A stretch of 64,000 nt of DNA from an uncultured delta proteobacterium (GCA_963848135.1 CAWKCK010000017.1:620001-684000); one strand, 5' to 3'. Positions 1-10,654 are shown, numbered from the stretch's first letter. Notes: generated by a model from the letters alone, not told the origin. Numbers and translations are program-made.

Positions 1-117
1 ACTCGATGCCATCGTGGAATTGTATCCGGCCATCTGGATAAACTCGTTCATCGATTCGCGGACACCGACCTCGTCATCGACGATCAATACGTTTGTATTT
101 TTTTTTGCCTGTTCCAT
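1..117 (-). CDS. Response regulator receiver-domain protein, N-terminal part (runs off the window start)
   Basis: Manual translation from ATG at 117: MEQAKKNTNVLIVDDEVGVRESMNEFIQMAGY, with the receiver motif VLIVDD. Too short for the ORF track. Confidence 0.8.
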   Translation of the reverse strand, partial: MEQAKKNTNVLIVDDEVGVRESMNEFIQMAGYNSTMASS

Positions 118-442
118 TTATCATTCTTGGCTGAATCGAAGGAGTAGTCCTGAATACCGGGGTTGACAGATTTGAAAGCAATCTGATAAGTTACGAATTT
201 TTAAAATTAAGGCGGTAGTATAGCTGTTAAAAAATAGCGTGTCAACTTACATTTAACTACCTAACCGCCTCAAGCAATTGCACTGATATCGGTGTAATGT
301 CACCTTACCGGCTAAGCCATCGTTTCCAACCGGAACATTCACCCGATGCACGATATCCTGCAGCCCGAAGTGTGCTGCCGACCATTTGGCCCGGCGGGAT
401 GACCCACCGTAAGGAGCCGTTGGGCTCAATTTTGTGAAAATA

Positions 443-2239
443 ATGAAAAATATCAGAAATTTCAGCATCATTGCCCATATCGACCACGGAAAATCGACTC
501 TCTGTGACCGCATGATCCAAGCAACCAATATCATTGAGGATAGGGATTTTCACGACCAGATTCTCGATACGATGGACATCGAAAGGGAGCGGGGAATAAC
601 GATCAAGAGCCAGACGGTTTGCCTGCCCTACAAGTCCCAGGACGGCCAGATGTATCAGCTCAACCTCATCGATACCCCCGGACATGTCGATTTCACCTAC
701 GAAGTGTCTCGGGCATTGGCATCCTGTGAAGGCGCATTGCTTCTGATCGACGCCAGTCAGGGCGTCGAGGCCCAAACCCTGGCCAACCTCTACCTAGCCA
801 TGGAACATGACCTGGAAATTATCCCGATAATCAATAAAATAGACCTGCCGTCCGCAGATATCGACCGGGTCAAAGATCAAATCAGCGAAGATCTCGGTCT
901 CGATCCGGACGATGCCCTCCTCGTTTCAGCCAAGGAGGGGACAGGTGTTGCGGATCTCCTGGAAGCCATCGTCCATCGCTTGCCACCTCCGCAAGGCGAT
1001 CCCGATGCCCAGTTGAAGGCGCTGATATTTGATTCGCACTATGATTCATATCGCGGAACGGTGGTTCACTTTCGTGTCTTTCAGGGACGGATCCGTCCGG
1101 GAGAAACCGTCCGCTTTATGTCCAATAACGCCACCTACCGGGTGGAAGAAGTGGGCATCTTTCAAATCGTCAATGTGCCCCAAAAAGTTCTCTCCGCCGG
1201 CCAGGTGGGTTACATCACTGCCGGTATAAAAACCGTCAGTGATACCCGTTGTGGTGACACGATCACTTTGAAATCCCGTCCTTGCGACCGTCCAATGCCC
1301 GGATTCAAAGAAGCCAAACCGGTGGTTTTTTCTTCTATCTACCCTGTGGCCTCGGACGGTTACGAAGACCTCTCGGTCGCCCTCGAAAAGCTGAAATTAA
1401 ACGATGCCTCCCTGGTTTACGAGAAAGACACATCGGTAGCACTCGGATTCGGTTTCCGTTGTGGTTTTCTGGGGTTGCTGCATCTCGAAGTGGTGCAGGA
1501 AAGGCTTGAACGCGAGTATGACCTGTCTTTGATCTTGACCGCCCCATCCGTCCGTTACAAGCTCATCATGAACGACGGTACCGAGATAGTGATAGACAAT
1601 CCGGCGCTTTACCCGGACCCGACCCACATCGATATCACCAAGGAACCGTTCATTCGGGCGACAATAATGATCCCGGATCGTTACATGGGCGCAGTGATGA
1701 AGCTCTGCCTGGACCGGCGTGGGATCAGTGACAACTATCAATACCTGACAAACAATCGGTTGGAGATGATCTTCCAACTGCCGCTGGCAGAAGCGATCTA
1801 CGACTTTTACGACAAACTCAAATCGGTCACCCAGGGCTACGGTTCTTTTGATTATGAACTGATCGATTACCGGGAGACGGACCTCGTTAAACTCGATATC
1901 CTGATCAACGGCGATCGCGTGGATGCCTTTTCCCAACTGGTTCATCGGGATCGGGCCGTGGAGCGGGCCCGGTTGGCGTGCGAAAAACTCCAGCAGGAAA
2001 TCCCCCGCCAGATGTTTAAAATCGCTATCCAGGGTGCCATCGGTGGCAATATCATTTCTCGCAAAACCATTTCGCCTCTCAGAAAAGACGTTACAGCCAA
2101 ATGCTACGGTGGTGACATCACCCGTAAAAGAAAACTCCTGGAAAAGCAGAAACGCGGCAAGAAGAGGATGAAAATGGTTGGTCAGGTGATGATCCCCCAG
2201 TCGGCGTTTCTTTCCGTTCTAAAAACAGACGGAGATTAG
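443..2239 (+). CDS. lepA: Elongation factor 4 (LepA)
   Basis: IRNFSIIAHIDHGKSTL, ERERGITIK, DTPGHVDF, NKID and C-terminal KCYGGDITRKRKLLEKQK. ATG 443 preferred over GTG 434. Confidence 0.98.
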   Translation: MKNIRNFSIIAHIDHGKSTLCDRMIQATNIIEDRDFHDQILDTMDIERERGITIKSQTVCLPYKSQDGQMYQLNLIDTPGHVDFTYEVSRALASCEGALLLIDASQGVEAQTLANLYLAMEHDLEIIPIINKIDLPSADIDRVKDQISEDLGLDPDDALLVSAKEGTGVADLLEAIVHRLPPPQGDPDAQLKALIFDSHYDSYRGTVVHFRVFQGRIRPGETVRFMSNNATYRVEEVGIFQIVNVPQKVLSAGQVGYITAGIKTVSDTRCGDTITLKSRPCDRPMPGFKEAKPVVFSSIYPVASDGYEDLSVALEKLKLNDASLVYEKDTSVALGFGFRCGFLGLLHLEVVQERLEREYDLSLILTAPSVRYKLIMNDGTEIVIDNPALYPDPTHIDITKEPFIRATIMIPDRYMGAVMKLCLDRRGISDNYQYLTNNRLEMIFQLPLAEAIYDFYDKLKSVTQGYGSFDYELIDYRETDLVKLDILINGDRVDAFSQLVHRDRAVERARLACEKLQQEIPRQMFKIAIQGAIGGNIISRKTISPLRKDVTAKCYGGDITRKRKLLEKQKRGKKRMKMVGQVMIPQSAFLSVLKTDGD

Positions 2240-2409
2240 CACGAAAACATCACGACCATGTCAGGCAACACATAAAACTGCACTACCCAACTTTTATACC
2301 GCTTTTCAAAAATCTATTCCGACATATGGAAGGGAGATAGGGTTCACCCCATGAGCCCTGCCACCGCAGAGGATAAGGCGTACGCCGGTTAAATCGGAAT
2401 CTATATCTT

Positions 2410-4335
2410 TCAGGCGGCTGCCTGGCCGTTGCCCAGCGGTAGGGTGGGACCGAGACAATCCGGCTGGTCAGCGGGAGGTCCGTGAATGGCGATAAATTTT
2501 GCCAGCCCCTCTTCTCCCATAAATTTTTTCAGGAGCCGAGCCGCTGTTCTTCTCAAGTCTACGACCAACAGTCCGTCCACAACGTCCGCAAATGACTTGT
2601 CGACATTGAAGCAGATCAGATTGCCATTCAATTTCAGATATTGACGCAATAAGATGGGAACACCTTTGCCGTCCTTTTCGATCTCTGAAATAAGCAGCGA
2701 AATATCTTCGATATCCTGTATCGAGGACTGCAGCAAACGTCGCGAAACGCCCAACCCCCGCCAACTACGGTAAGGGCGGCGCGGAGAAACGAGCCGTGAC
2801 AGGACGCTGTCGAAGCGATTGTTTTTAAGGAATCTGACGATCAGGTTCCGGGATACCGTGTGGTAATCGTTACTGATACTCACTGGCCCAAAAAGAATAT
2901 TGTAACGCGGATTCCGGGCCACAAAAACCCCGATTCCCCTCCAGAGCAGCATGAGGCCGTTGTACTTTTTCTGATACTCCGGTCGGATGAAAGAGCGCCC
3001 GATCTCGATGGCACTGGTGAATTTATCCAAAAGCTCGGGTTTGAACCGGAACAACTGGTTGGTATAGAGGCCTCGGGGTCCGTATTGCTCGAGGATAGCA
3101 TCCGTCAACCCCAGTCGGTAGGCACCGACCAGTTCGCTTTGTTTATGGTTCCAGAGGAACAGGTGGAGATAATGCTCATCGAACCGGTCCAGGTCGATCG
3201 ATTTGCCCGTACCTTCGTGCACCTCCCGAAAGGTTAGCTCCCGCAGTCGACCGATCTCCTGCAGAATGTTTGGAATTTGCTCTGCATTGGCTATGTAGAC
3301 GGTGTAACTTCCGGACGCGACCAGTTGCTGGTCAGCGGGCAACTGCAACAATTCATCTTGCAATACGGCGCTGTCCAGAGACGGGATAATGGGCACCGGC
3401 GCATCGGATGCTGTTTTCTCCGTTACCCGCAGCGGGTTGCTTTTGCGAAGGTCCACGGCACGATTTTCTAAAAAGTAGGTTCGCAGCCGCAAATAATCGA
3501 TCAGCGCCTTGTCATTCCGATACTTCTTCAATCTCTGCCAGGCAATGGACTTTCCCACCAGAGGCTTGATCCGGTGGTCGGATTTGTTTATCAATTCCCG
3601 GGGCAGCAAGGCGGTCCTTAAACGGGGGTGCAACAACCCGAGCAGCTGAAATGACAAACTATTCTGACCCGGGAAAAAAACCGGCAGAACCGCAGCGTGG
3701 GTATGGCGTATGATGCCGGCCACATGGCGGCTCCATGTCGGATCCGCCACCTTTCTGGTTTTAATCCTTAGGCTCGCGACTTCACCGGCCGGAAACACAG
3801 CCAATACACCCCCCGACTTCACCCATCCGAGGGCCTTTTTCAGGCCTTTTAAATTACCACCGATCGATCCTGGAGTGCCAAAAGGATCGACCGATATGAT
3901 GTAGTCTCCGATTCCGTCCAGTCTTTTGAGCAGGAAGTTGCCCAGAATTTTCAGATCGGAACGCACCTGCAGAATGAGCGCCCCGAGGATCACCCCTTCG
4001 AGGCCTCCAAAAGGGTGATTGGCCACGACAACAAGAGGTCCTGAGGCCGGAATTTTATCCAGATCACTGGAACTAACCTTATATGTAACGTTCACCGATT
4101 CCAGCGCGGCCTGGAAGACGCCATTTGTTCCTTTACATGACCTCAGATTTTCATAATAGTTAGAATAGCATCGATTCAGACGGTCGAGGCAGAAAAGGCT
4201 TTCGATCGGCGCCTGCATGAGAGACACAGCCCGGCGAAATAACGGATGCCCGACGGCAGCCTTCAAATCGATTAATTTCGGTGCCTCGGATTCATAATGT
4301 CCGCGTGTGTCATGGGCAAATGGGGCGGTATCCAT
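2410..4335 (-). CDS. Fused lysophospholipid-type O-acyltransferase plus GNAT N-acyltransferase (OlsF-like ornithine/amino lipid synthase)
   Basis: N-terminal VVANHPFGGLEG and FPAGEV acyltransferase motifs. C-terminal OlsB-like motifs EIGRLRELTFR, DLDRFD, VGAYRLG, EIGRSFI, LLWRGIG, LFGPVSIS. Confidence 0.85.
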   Translation of the reverse strand: MDTAPFAHDTRGHYESEAPKLIDLKAAVGHPLFRRAVSLMQAPIESLFCLDRLNRCYSNYYENLRSCKGTNGVFQAALESVNVTYKVSSSDLDKIPASGPLVVVANHPFGGLEGVILGALILQVRSDLKILGNFLLKRLDGIGDYIISVDPFGTPGSIGGNLKGLKKALGWVKSGGVLAVFPAGEVASLRIKTRKVADPTWSRHVAGIIRHTHAAVLPVFFPGQNSLSFQLLGLLHPRLRTALLPRELINKSDHRIKPLVGKSIAWQRLKKYRNDKALIDYLRLRTYFLENRAVDLRKSNPLRVTEKTASDAPVPIIPSLDSAVLQDELLQLPADQQLVASGSYTVYIANAEQIPNILQEIGRLRELTFREVHEGTGKSIDLDRFDEHYLHLFLWNHKQSELVGAYRLGLTDAILEQYGPRGLYTNQLFRFKPELLDKFTSAIEIGRSFIRPEYQKKYNGLMLLWRGIGVFVARNPRYNILFGPVSISNDYHTVSRNLIVRFLKNNRFDSVLSRLVSPRRPYRSWRGLGVSRRLLQSSIQDIEDISLLISEIEKDGKGVPILLRQYLKLNGNLICFNVDKSFADVVDGLLVVDLRRTAARLLKKFMGEEGLAKFIAIHGPPADQPDCLGPTLPLGNGQAAA

Positions 4336-4538
4336 GGCTCATCATCCTCCAAATGGGCACGCTATTTTATTCTTCATTAGGGGCGTATAACCCTTGTTTT
4401 TTGTCCATACTCAACGGTTCGCATGACACCGTAGGCGGTATGTGGATCATGAAAAATTACGTTAGATTAATGCCAGTGTTGCGTAAACAATCGGTTAGCG
4501 GCATATACCAAGTCTATTGGCTTTGTACCCAACATTGA

Positions 4539-6371
4539 ATGGCGCATATGAAGAATAATATTAGGCAGATAAAGAGGGCGTGGCAGCCTGCTGCATTGAT
4601 CTGTATCATATTCCTCATTGCCGCTCAACCGGCTGCAGCGACCCAATCTTTGACCACCAGCCTTCCGGCCCACTATTCAATTTCGGTTGCATCTCCGCCG
4701 GATGCTTATGACGCCGGTGATACGTCCGGATCGTCTCTATTTTCCTCTACCCCTCTGTCGTTTTTGACCGGCCGGGTTGAACCGATGCGGGGACTTGATC
4801 TGGTTTGGACCATGGCATTGATCGCGCTGGCAACGCTGATCAGTGAAGACCTGGCCTGCATTAGCGCCGGCCTTTTGGCCGCCAGGGGGACTATTGGTCT
4901 TCTACCGGCAATCGGTGCTTCGTTTGCGGGAATCCTGATCGGTGACATCCTGCTTTATTTGACCGGCCGGTACATCGGTCAACCGGCTCTCAGCCGGGCG
5001 CCCCTGAAGTGGGTGATTAAAGAAGAAGACGCCGCCAAAGCCGCCGGCTGGTTTTCCGCCAAGGGACCCACGATCATCATCACATCCCGTTTTTTACCCG
5101 GAAGCCGGCTGCCTACCTATTTTAGCGCCGGAATGTTGGGTACCGGATTCTGGCGCTTCACGATCTATTTCAGTGTCGCCGCTGCACTGTGGACACCCAT
5201 TCTGGTCGGCCTGTCGGCTCTGGTGGGTGACCGCATGTTTGTCTATTATGACGCTTTTAAAAGCTATGGCATAATGATCGTGCTGGCAACCATTCTGATA
5301 ATATGGATAACGGTAAAGCTGGTAATCCCTCTTTTCAGTTTCAGGGGTCGACGTCTGCTGCTCTCCTCTTTTCGTCGTAAGACCCGGTGGGAATTCTGGC
5401 CACCGCACATATTTTATATTCCAGTGGCGGTCTACGTCCTTTTATTAAGTATCAAATACCGGTCGCTGACGCTTTTTACTGCCGCGAATCCGGGAATACC
5501 CGACGGCGGATTCATTGGAGAATCAAAATCGCAAATTCTCGATCGCCTGAGGGATAATGGGAAATTCGTCGCCCGTTTCGATGTCATCCGATCAGAACTG
5601 GCACCGGCGGAAAAGCTCAGCCTGGCCGAAAGCTTCATGCACGCGGCCGGCACTGGTTTTCCGATTGTACTCAAACCGGATACAGGTGAACGTGGCAACG
5701 GTGTGGCAATCATCAGATCCAGGCAACAAATCGCCGATTACCTTACCCGCACCACCGGTGATTGTATTATTCAGGAATTCATCGACGGTTTCGAATTCGG
5801 TATTTTTTATTATCGCTATCCGCACGAGCCCACAGGCCAGATCTTTTCAATCACCGACAAACGAATGCTGACAGTCACGGGAGACGGCCGAAGTACCCTG
5901 GAAGAGTTGATTTTACGAGACGACAGGGCCGTGTGTATGGCACAGTTTCATTTCAAGAACCATCGCAAGCAACTGTATACGGTTCCCGGGGGGGATGAAA
6001 TTTTCCAACTGGTTGAGATCGGCACACATTGCCGTGGAGCATTGTTCCTGGACGGTCGCGCCATTCAGACACCGGATCTGATACGTGCCATAGACGCGAT
6101 CAGCAAAAGATTCGACGGTTTTTTCTTCGGTCGTTATGATATACGGACGCCATCCGTCGAAGACTTCGGCAAAGGCAAGAATTTTAAAATCGTGGAACTT
6201 AACGGCGTAACGTCCGAGGCCACGCATATATACCAGCCCGGCAACAGTCTCTGGTCCGCCTATCGAACATTGATGCAGCAATGGAAACTGGCCTTTGACA
6301 TCGGCGCGGCCAATCGCCGTCGCGGTATCGCACCGTCGTCGGTGCGCAAACTTCTGAAAGTCCTATTATGA
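4539..6371 (+). CDS. DedA/VTT membrane domain fused to a C-terminal ATP-grasp domain
   Basis: DedA motifs SEDLAC, GILIGDILLYLTGR, SRFLPGSR. ATP-grasp motifs FPIVLKPDTGERGNGV, IIQEFI, GRYDI, IVELNG. Signal-peptide-like N-terminus. Confidence 0.85.
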   Translation: MAHMKNNIRQIKRAWQPAALICIIFLIAAQPAAATQSLTTSLPAHYSISVASPPDAYDAGDTSGSSLFSSTPLSFLTGRVEPMRGLDLVWTMALIALATLISEDLACISAGLLAARGTIGLLPAIGASFAGILIGDILLYLTGRYIGQPALSRAPLKWVIKEEDAAKAAGWFSAKGPTIIITSRFLPGSRLPTYFSAGMLGTGFWRFTIYFSVAAALWTPILVGLSALVGDRMFVYYDAFKSYGIMIVLATILIIWITVKLVIPLFSFRGRRLLLSSFRRKTRWEFWPPHIFYIPVAVYVLLLSIKYRSLTLFTAANPGIPDGGFIGESKSQILDRLRDNGKFVARFDVIRSELAPAEKLSLAESFMHAAGTGFPIVLKPDTGERGNGVAIIRSRQQIADYLTRTTGDCIIQEFIDGFEFGIFYYRYPHEPTGQIFSITDKRMLTVTGDGRSTLEELILRDDRAVCMAQFHFKNHRKQLYTVPGGDEIFQLVEIGTHCRGALFLDGRAIQTPDLIRAIDAISKRFDGFFFGRYDIRTPSVEDFGKGKNFKIVELNGVTSEATHIYQPGNSLWSAYRTLMQQWKLAFDIGAANRRRGIAPSSVRKLLKVLL

Positions 6372-6506
6372 TAAACCAGGGGCTCCGGCCTATCGCTGAC
6401 AAACATCGTAACAGATTAAATTTACAAGTAATAAAATTTAGAAATACACCTGGTGCCGGACGATTCTGTCTTAACACCAAGGTCGGACACAGGGAGGTCA
6501 ACGTGT

Positions 6507-7166
6507 ATGTCGGATTATGAATCTGTCAAAAAAGAAGTGTATAGCTGCGCCCGCTGGCTGTGTGATCATGGATATTTCGGCGGAAAATTGGGCAGTGGCG
6601 GGAATGTGTCGTTGTATCTGCGGAGTGAAAACCTTGTCGTCATCACGCCAAGCCGTAAACCCTATCGGTCGATGTCCGCCAGCGATATCTGCGTGGTAGA
6701 TCCCCAACTCGAACGGGTAGACGGCCATTTACCGCCCTCGATGGAATCGAGCATGCACCTTGAAATCTATCGAAACCGGCCGGATGTCGACGCCGTGGTG
6801 CACACTCACCAAATCTATGCCAGCGTTCTTGCACTCATCAACCAGCCAATCCCGGCCCTCTTCGATGAAATTTCTCTGGATATCGGGCCGGAAGTCGCTT
6901 TGATACCGTACGCTCTTTCAGGCAGCGGAGAACTGGCGGCAAACGTGGCATCCAGACTGATGAACAACGGTCGCTGTTACATCATCCAGAACCACGGTGC
7001 TCTGTCCCTGGGTAAAGATCTTGCGGAAGCGATGCGAAACGCGGAACACCTCGAGAAGGTATCCAAAGTTTATGTTCTTGCTCTGTGTAGCGGCAGAATA
7101 ATAAGCCAGCTGCCCGAAAGTGCGATCAATCAACTGCTGGCGATGCGTCAACTGATGCCAGTTTAA
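6507..7166 (+). CDS. Class II aldolase/adducin family protein
   Basis: GGNVS, ITPS, PSMESSMHLEIY, VVHTH, NHG. GGGAGG upstream of ATG 6507. Confidence 0.9.
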   Translation: MSDYESVKKEVYSCARWLCDHGYFGGKLGSGGNVSLYLRSENLVVITPSRKPYRSMSASDICVVDPQLERVDGHLPPSMESSMHLEIYRNRPDVDAVVHTHQIYASVLALINQPIPALFDEISLDIGPEVALIPYALSGSGELAANVASRLMNNGRCYIIQNHGALSLGKDLAEAMRNAEHLEKVSKVYVLALCSGRIISQLPESAINQLLAMRQLMPV

Positions 7167-7218
7167 CGCCTTTCTATGCCAGCAGTCATCCAGAGCTGTT
7201 TGAGGCCGAAGCGCGGTT

Positions 7219-8085
7219 TCAAGCAGATGCGTCAGCAGCGATGATCTGCTGTTCGCTGACGACCTTGTTGGCGATGGCACCGATCTTCTCGATGCGGCAT
7301 TCGACCAAACTGCCGGCCTTAAGCACAATTGGCGGATCCCTGAAAAAACCCACGCCGCTTGGGGTGCCGGTCGAGATGATGTCCCCCGGAATAAGGGTAA
7401 TATCTTCGCTGATGTATTCGATCAGGGTTGCCACGTCAAAGATCATATCCCTGCTATTACCGGCCTGCATGACCGTACCGTCCACAATCGTGGACAATTG
7501 CAAGGTCTGGATGTCGCCGATTTCGTCCAGGGTCACGATCGCCGGACCAAGGGGGGCAAAAGTATCGAAAGATTTGCCGCGAAACCACTGAGAGTCGGAG
7601 AACTGGGCTTCCCTGCCGGACACATCGTTCATGATCGTCACGCCTGCGATGTAATTGTGGGCCTCTGCCCTGGGAATGCGCTTACCTTCTCTGCCGATGA
7701 CGACCGCCAATTCAACTTCCCAATCTATTTCTCCGCAGCTGCGCGGCAACAGGATAGAGTCGAATGGGCCACTGAGCGTGTTCGGCCCTTTACAGAAAAG
7801 CAGCGGTTTCACCGGTTGCTCGAAACCAATTTCCTTGGCATGCTCGGCATAATTTTTTCCCAAGCAGATGATTTTAGACGGACGTTGGATCGGAGAACCC
7901 AGCCTCACGGTCATGGGTTCACCGGTGTCAGAGAGATCGGCGATCTTCTCGAGCCAGCCATTCCTGAAAAACATCTCGCCGATATCGGGAATGTCCGGGT
8001 GGTGTCGCTCGAGGTCAATAATACGTTCCCCTACCTGTATTCCCGGTTTCTCTTTTCCTTTGGGTCCAAATCGTACCAGCCGCAT
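7219..8085 (-). CDS. Fumarylacetoacetate hydrolase family protein
   Basis: KIICLGKNYAEH, DWEVELAVVIG, NDVSGR, KSFDTFAPLGP, GDIISTGTPSGVG. AAGGAG upstream of ATG 8085. Confidence 0.92.
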   Translation of the reverse strand: MRLVRFGPKGKEKPGIQVGERIIDLERHHPDIPDIGEMFFRNGWLEKIADLSDTGEPMTVRLGSPIQRPSKIICLGKNYAEHAKEIGFEQPVKPLLFCKGPNTLSGPFDSILLPRSCGEIDWEVELAVVIGREGKRIPRAEAHNYIAGVTIMNDVSGREAQFSDSQWFRGKSFDTFAPLGPAIVTLDEIGDIQTLQLSTIVDGTVMQAGNSRDMIFDVATLIEYISEDITLIPGDIISTGTPSGVGFFRDPPIVLKAGSLVECRIEKIGAIANKVVSEQQIIAADASA

Positions 8086-8087
8086 GC

Positions 8088-8846
8088 TCAATACTCCTTG
8101 TTCTGTTTTCCCTCTTCGTAACACTTATTGGCGTACCAGTTTATCTGGCGACAAATCCCCCGGATGATGCTGACCTCTTTGGCCGTCATCCGTATCCGCG
8201 TAAAAAAATGCCGAATTTTGCCCATCCAATAGTCAGGATTCTCCGGATTAATATAGCAGATGCGGACGAGGATGTCCTTGAGTTGGGCGTACATGCCGTC
8301 GAGTTCATGATGGCTGGCCAGCCGAGGGACGTGCGGCGCAGGACTATTGCGGCGAGAAGTAAAAAACGCGTAGCAGATGATCATGACGGCCTGGGCCAAG
8401 TTGAGAGAGGCAAACTCATCCGTTGGTATGTTTACCAGCCATTGACAACGGCGGATGTCTTCATTGGTCAGCCCGCGGTCTTCCGGGCCGAACAGCACCG
8501 CTACCTGGTTGTTACGGGAAATCGGCATCACTCTTTGTGCCAATACGACCGGGGATTCGATGACCGGCCTTTGACGGCCGAGACGGGCAGTGGTCCCCAC
8601 CACCAAGTGAAAGGGTGCCAAGGCGTCCTCAAGTGTATCGAACACACGCATGTCTTCGACCACACCGCGGGCCGCATGGGTGGCCATTTTTAAAACCCGC
8701 GTCAGATCGCAATTATGAGGATCGACGACAATCAGCGTCTTTATCCCCATGTTGCGCATGGCTCTTGCGGCGGCCCCAATGTTTTCCGAATAACGCGGCC
8801 GGTGAAGGACAATGGCAATATTTGCCAATTCTACACGTTCGCCCAT
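8088..8846 (-). CDS. trmJ: TrmJ/LasT-type SPOUT RNA methyltransferase
   Basis: ENIGAAARAMRNMG, VVGTTAR, LFGPEDRGLTNE, SLNLAQAV. Confidence 0.85.
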   Translation of the reverse strand: MGERVELANIAIVLHRPRYSENIGAAARAMRNMGIKTLIVVDPHNCDLTRVLKMATHAARGVVEDMRVFDTLEDALAPFHLVVGTTARLGRQRPVIESPVVLAQRVMPISRNNQVAVLFGPEDRGLTNEDIRRCQWLVNIPTDEFASLNLAQAVMIICYAFFTSRRNSPAPHVPRLASHHELDGMYAQLKDILVRICYINPENPDYWMGKIRHFFTRIRMTAKEVSIIRGICRQINWYANKCYEEGKQNKEY

Positions 8847-9262
8847 CAGGTGACGATTTCAAACCGGTTGAAAAAATAGCCGATCTCGAAGGCGGCAGTT
8901 TCCGGTGCATCCGACCCGTGAACCACATTTTTCTCGATGTCAGTGGCAAACTCCCGTCGGATGGTCCCTTCGGCGGCTTCTTTGTAGTTGGTGGCCCCCA
9001 TCAACTCGCGATAACGGACGATAACATTTTTGCTCTCCAATACCATTACGACACAGGGTCCGGAAGACATAAACTCGGTGAGGCTGTCGAAAAACGGGCG
9101 TTCCTTGTGCACCGCGTAGAATCCACGGGCCTGATCCCGGTTCATGTGGATCATCTTCATCGCCGCAATTTCAATGGACTGTTGTTCAAGCCGCCGAATA
9201 ACTTCTCCAATGAGCCCGCGGGCGACACCGTCGGGTTTGATTATTGAAAGTGATCTCTCCAT
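8846..9262 (-). CDS. ndk: Nucleoside diphosphate kinase
   Basis: IIKPDGV, RPFF, GTIR, NVVHGSD. Confidence 0.97.
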   Translation of the reverse strand: MERSLSIIKPDGVARGLIGEVIRRLEQQSIEIAAMKMIHMNRDQARGFYAVHKERPFFDSLTEFMSSGPCVVMVLESKNVIVRYRELMGATNYKEAAEGTIRREFATDIEKNVVHGSDAPETAAFEIGYFFNRFEIVT

Positions 9263-9494
9263 TTTGGGTCATTCCTTTCGGTAAATTGAGTTTCTCATTC
9301 GGAACGCTCGCGCCGGCACCGTGCCGATACAAACAGTAGTACCGTACAGCCAGTCTTGGACCGTAGTTAAGATCAGGCCCCCTTATCAAATGGCCCGTAC
9401 CAAGTCAACACGGGGTTCGGCCAGTTTCGGGCATTGCCCTGGCAGACGAACAGATGTTTCTCCCGACCATCGACCGGATTATCTGCATCCACAG

Positions 9495-9523
9495 TTGACA
9501 AAGAAAAAGCGAAATTTTATCAT
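9495..9523 (+). promoter_or_regulatory. Sigma70-type promoter for the zinc-ribbon/macrodomain genes
   Basis: TTGACA-17 bp-TATCAT. Confidence 0.6.
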
Positions 9524-9586
9524 TTCGGATGATTATCTAACGTTGTTTTGAGGCCCTTATGGCCGTTCTTGTGGGAGGGGATGCAA

Positions 9587-10081
9587 ATGCCGATATACGA
9601 ATTTTATTGCGATGCCTGCAACACGATTTACAATTTTTTTTCAAAAACAATCAACACGACGAAAAAACCCAAATGCCCCAAGTGTAAAGTCAACACCCTC
9701 CAGCGGCAGATGTCCGCCTTTGCCATCGCCGGAAAGGCCAAAGAGGATGACGGTATGGAGGATCTGCCCTTCGATGAATCCAAGATGGAACAGGCAATGA
9801 ACATGCTGGCCGGAGAAGCGGAGAGGATTGACGAAGACAACCCCCGCCAGGCAGCCGACCTTATGCGCAAACTGTCGGACATGACCGGAATGAAACTCGG
9901 GGACGGAATGCAAGAGGCGCTTAGCCGCATGGAGAAAGGCGAAGACCCGGATAAAATTGAGGCCGAAATGGGCGATCTTCTTGAAAATGAAGACCCTTTT
10001 ACCCTGCCGGACAAAAAAAAGATCGGCAACACATCCTATAGACCATCGCCGGCCCGCGATGAAACCCTCTATGATCTGTGA
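9587..10081 (+). CDS. FmdB-family zinc ribbon protein with acidic helical C-terminus
   Basis: MPIYEFYCDAC...CPKC...LQRQMSAF. GGGAGG upstream. Confidence 0.88.
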   Translation: MPIYEFYCDACNTIYNFFSKTINTTKKPKCPKCKVNTLQRQMSAFAIAGKAKEDDGMEDLPFDESKMEQAMNMLAGEAERIDEDNPRQAADLMRKLSDMTGMKLGDGMQEALSRMEKGEDPDKIEAEMGDLLENEDPFTLPDKKKIGNTSYRPSPARDETLYDL

Positions 10082-10084
10082 GAT

Positions 10085-10654
10085 ATGAGATTACCGTGCA
10101 AGCGAGGTCATGCTTTAGATCCGGAGATTGATGCCAGAATCGCGGTTTGTCAGGGGGACATTACACGCCTTGCGGTAGATGCTATCGTCAATGCGGCCAA
10201 TAGCTCCCTTTTGGGTGGTGGCGGCGTCGACGGGGCCATTCACAAAGCGGCCGGACCCAAACTTTTAGAAGAGTGCCGCGCTTTAGGCGGGTGCCCGACA
10301 GGAGAGGCCCGGATCACCAGAGGTTACAATCTGCCGGCCCGTTATGTGATCCACACCGTCGGCCCGATCTACCGCAGCACGGGCCCCGGCCAGGCCGAAC
10401 GCCTTCTGATCAGATGCTATGAAAACAGTCTCAAACTGGCCTTGGACACGAAGCTTTCCAGCATTGCCTTTCCGGCTATCAGCTGCGGCGCATATGGATA
10501 CCCGATCGATAAGGCCTGCCGTGTCGCTGTCGAGGCTGTCACCCGGTTTTTGCAGACAACCATCGAGATACAGAAAGTCATCTTCGCCCTTTTTTCCGAC
10601 AGCGATAAAAAGGTTTATGATGACACCATATCGGCGCGCTTAAAGACGTTATGA
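10085..10654 (+). CDS. Macrodomain protein (O-acetyl-ADP-ribose deacetylase, YmdB-like)
   Basis: [40 protein letters not shown]. Confidence 0.93.
   Translation: MRLPCKRGHALDPEIDARIAVCQGDITRLAVDAIVNAANSSLLGGGGVDGAIHKAAGPKLLEECRALGGCPTGEARITRGYNLPARYVIHTVGPIYRSTGPGQAERLLIRCYENSLKLALDTKLSSIAFPAISCGAYGYPIDKACRVAVEAVTRFLQTTIEIQKVIFALFSDSDKKVYDDTISARLKTL

Noticed and set aside
4459..4476. Pho-box-like CTGGCAT-TAAT-CTAACGT on the minus strand upstream of the OlsF-like gene
   Set aside because: The second half-site matches only 4 of 7. Biologically plausible but too degenerate to call.
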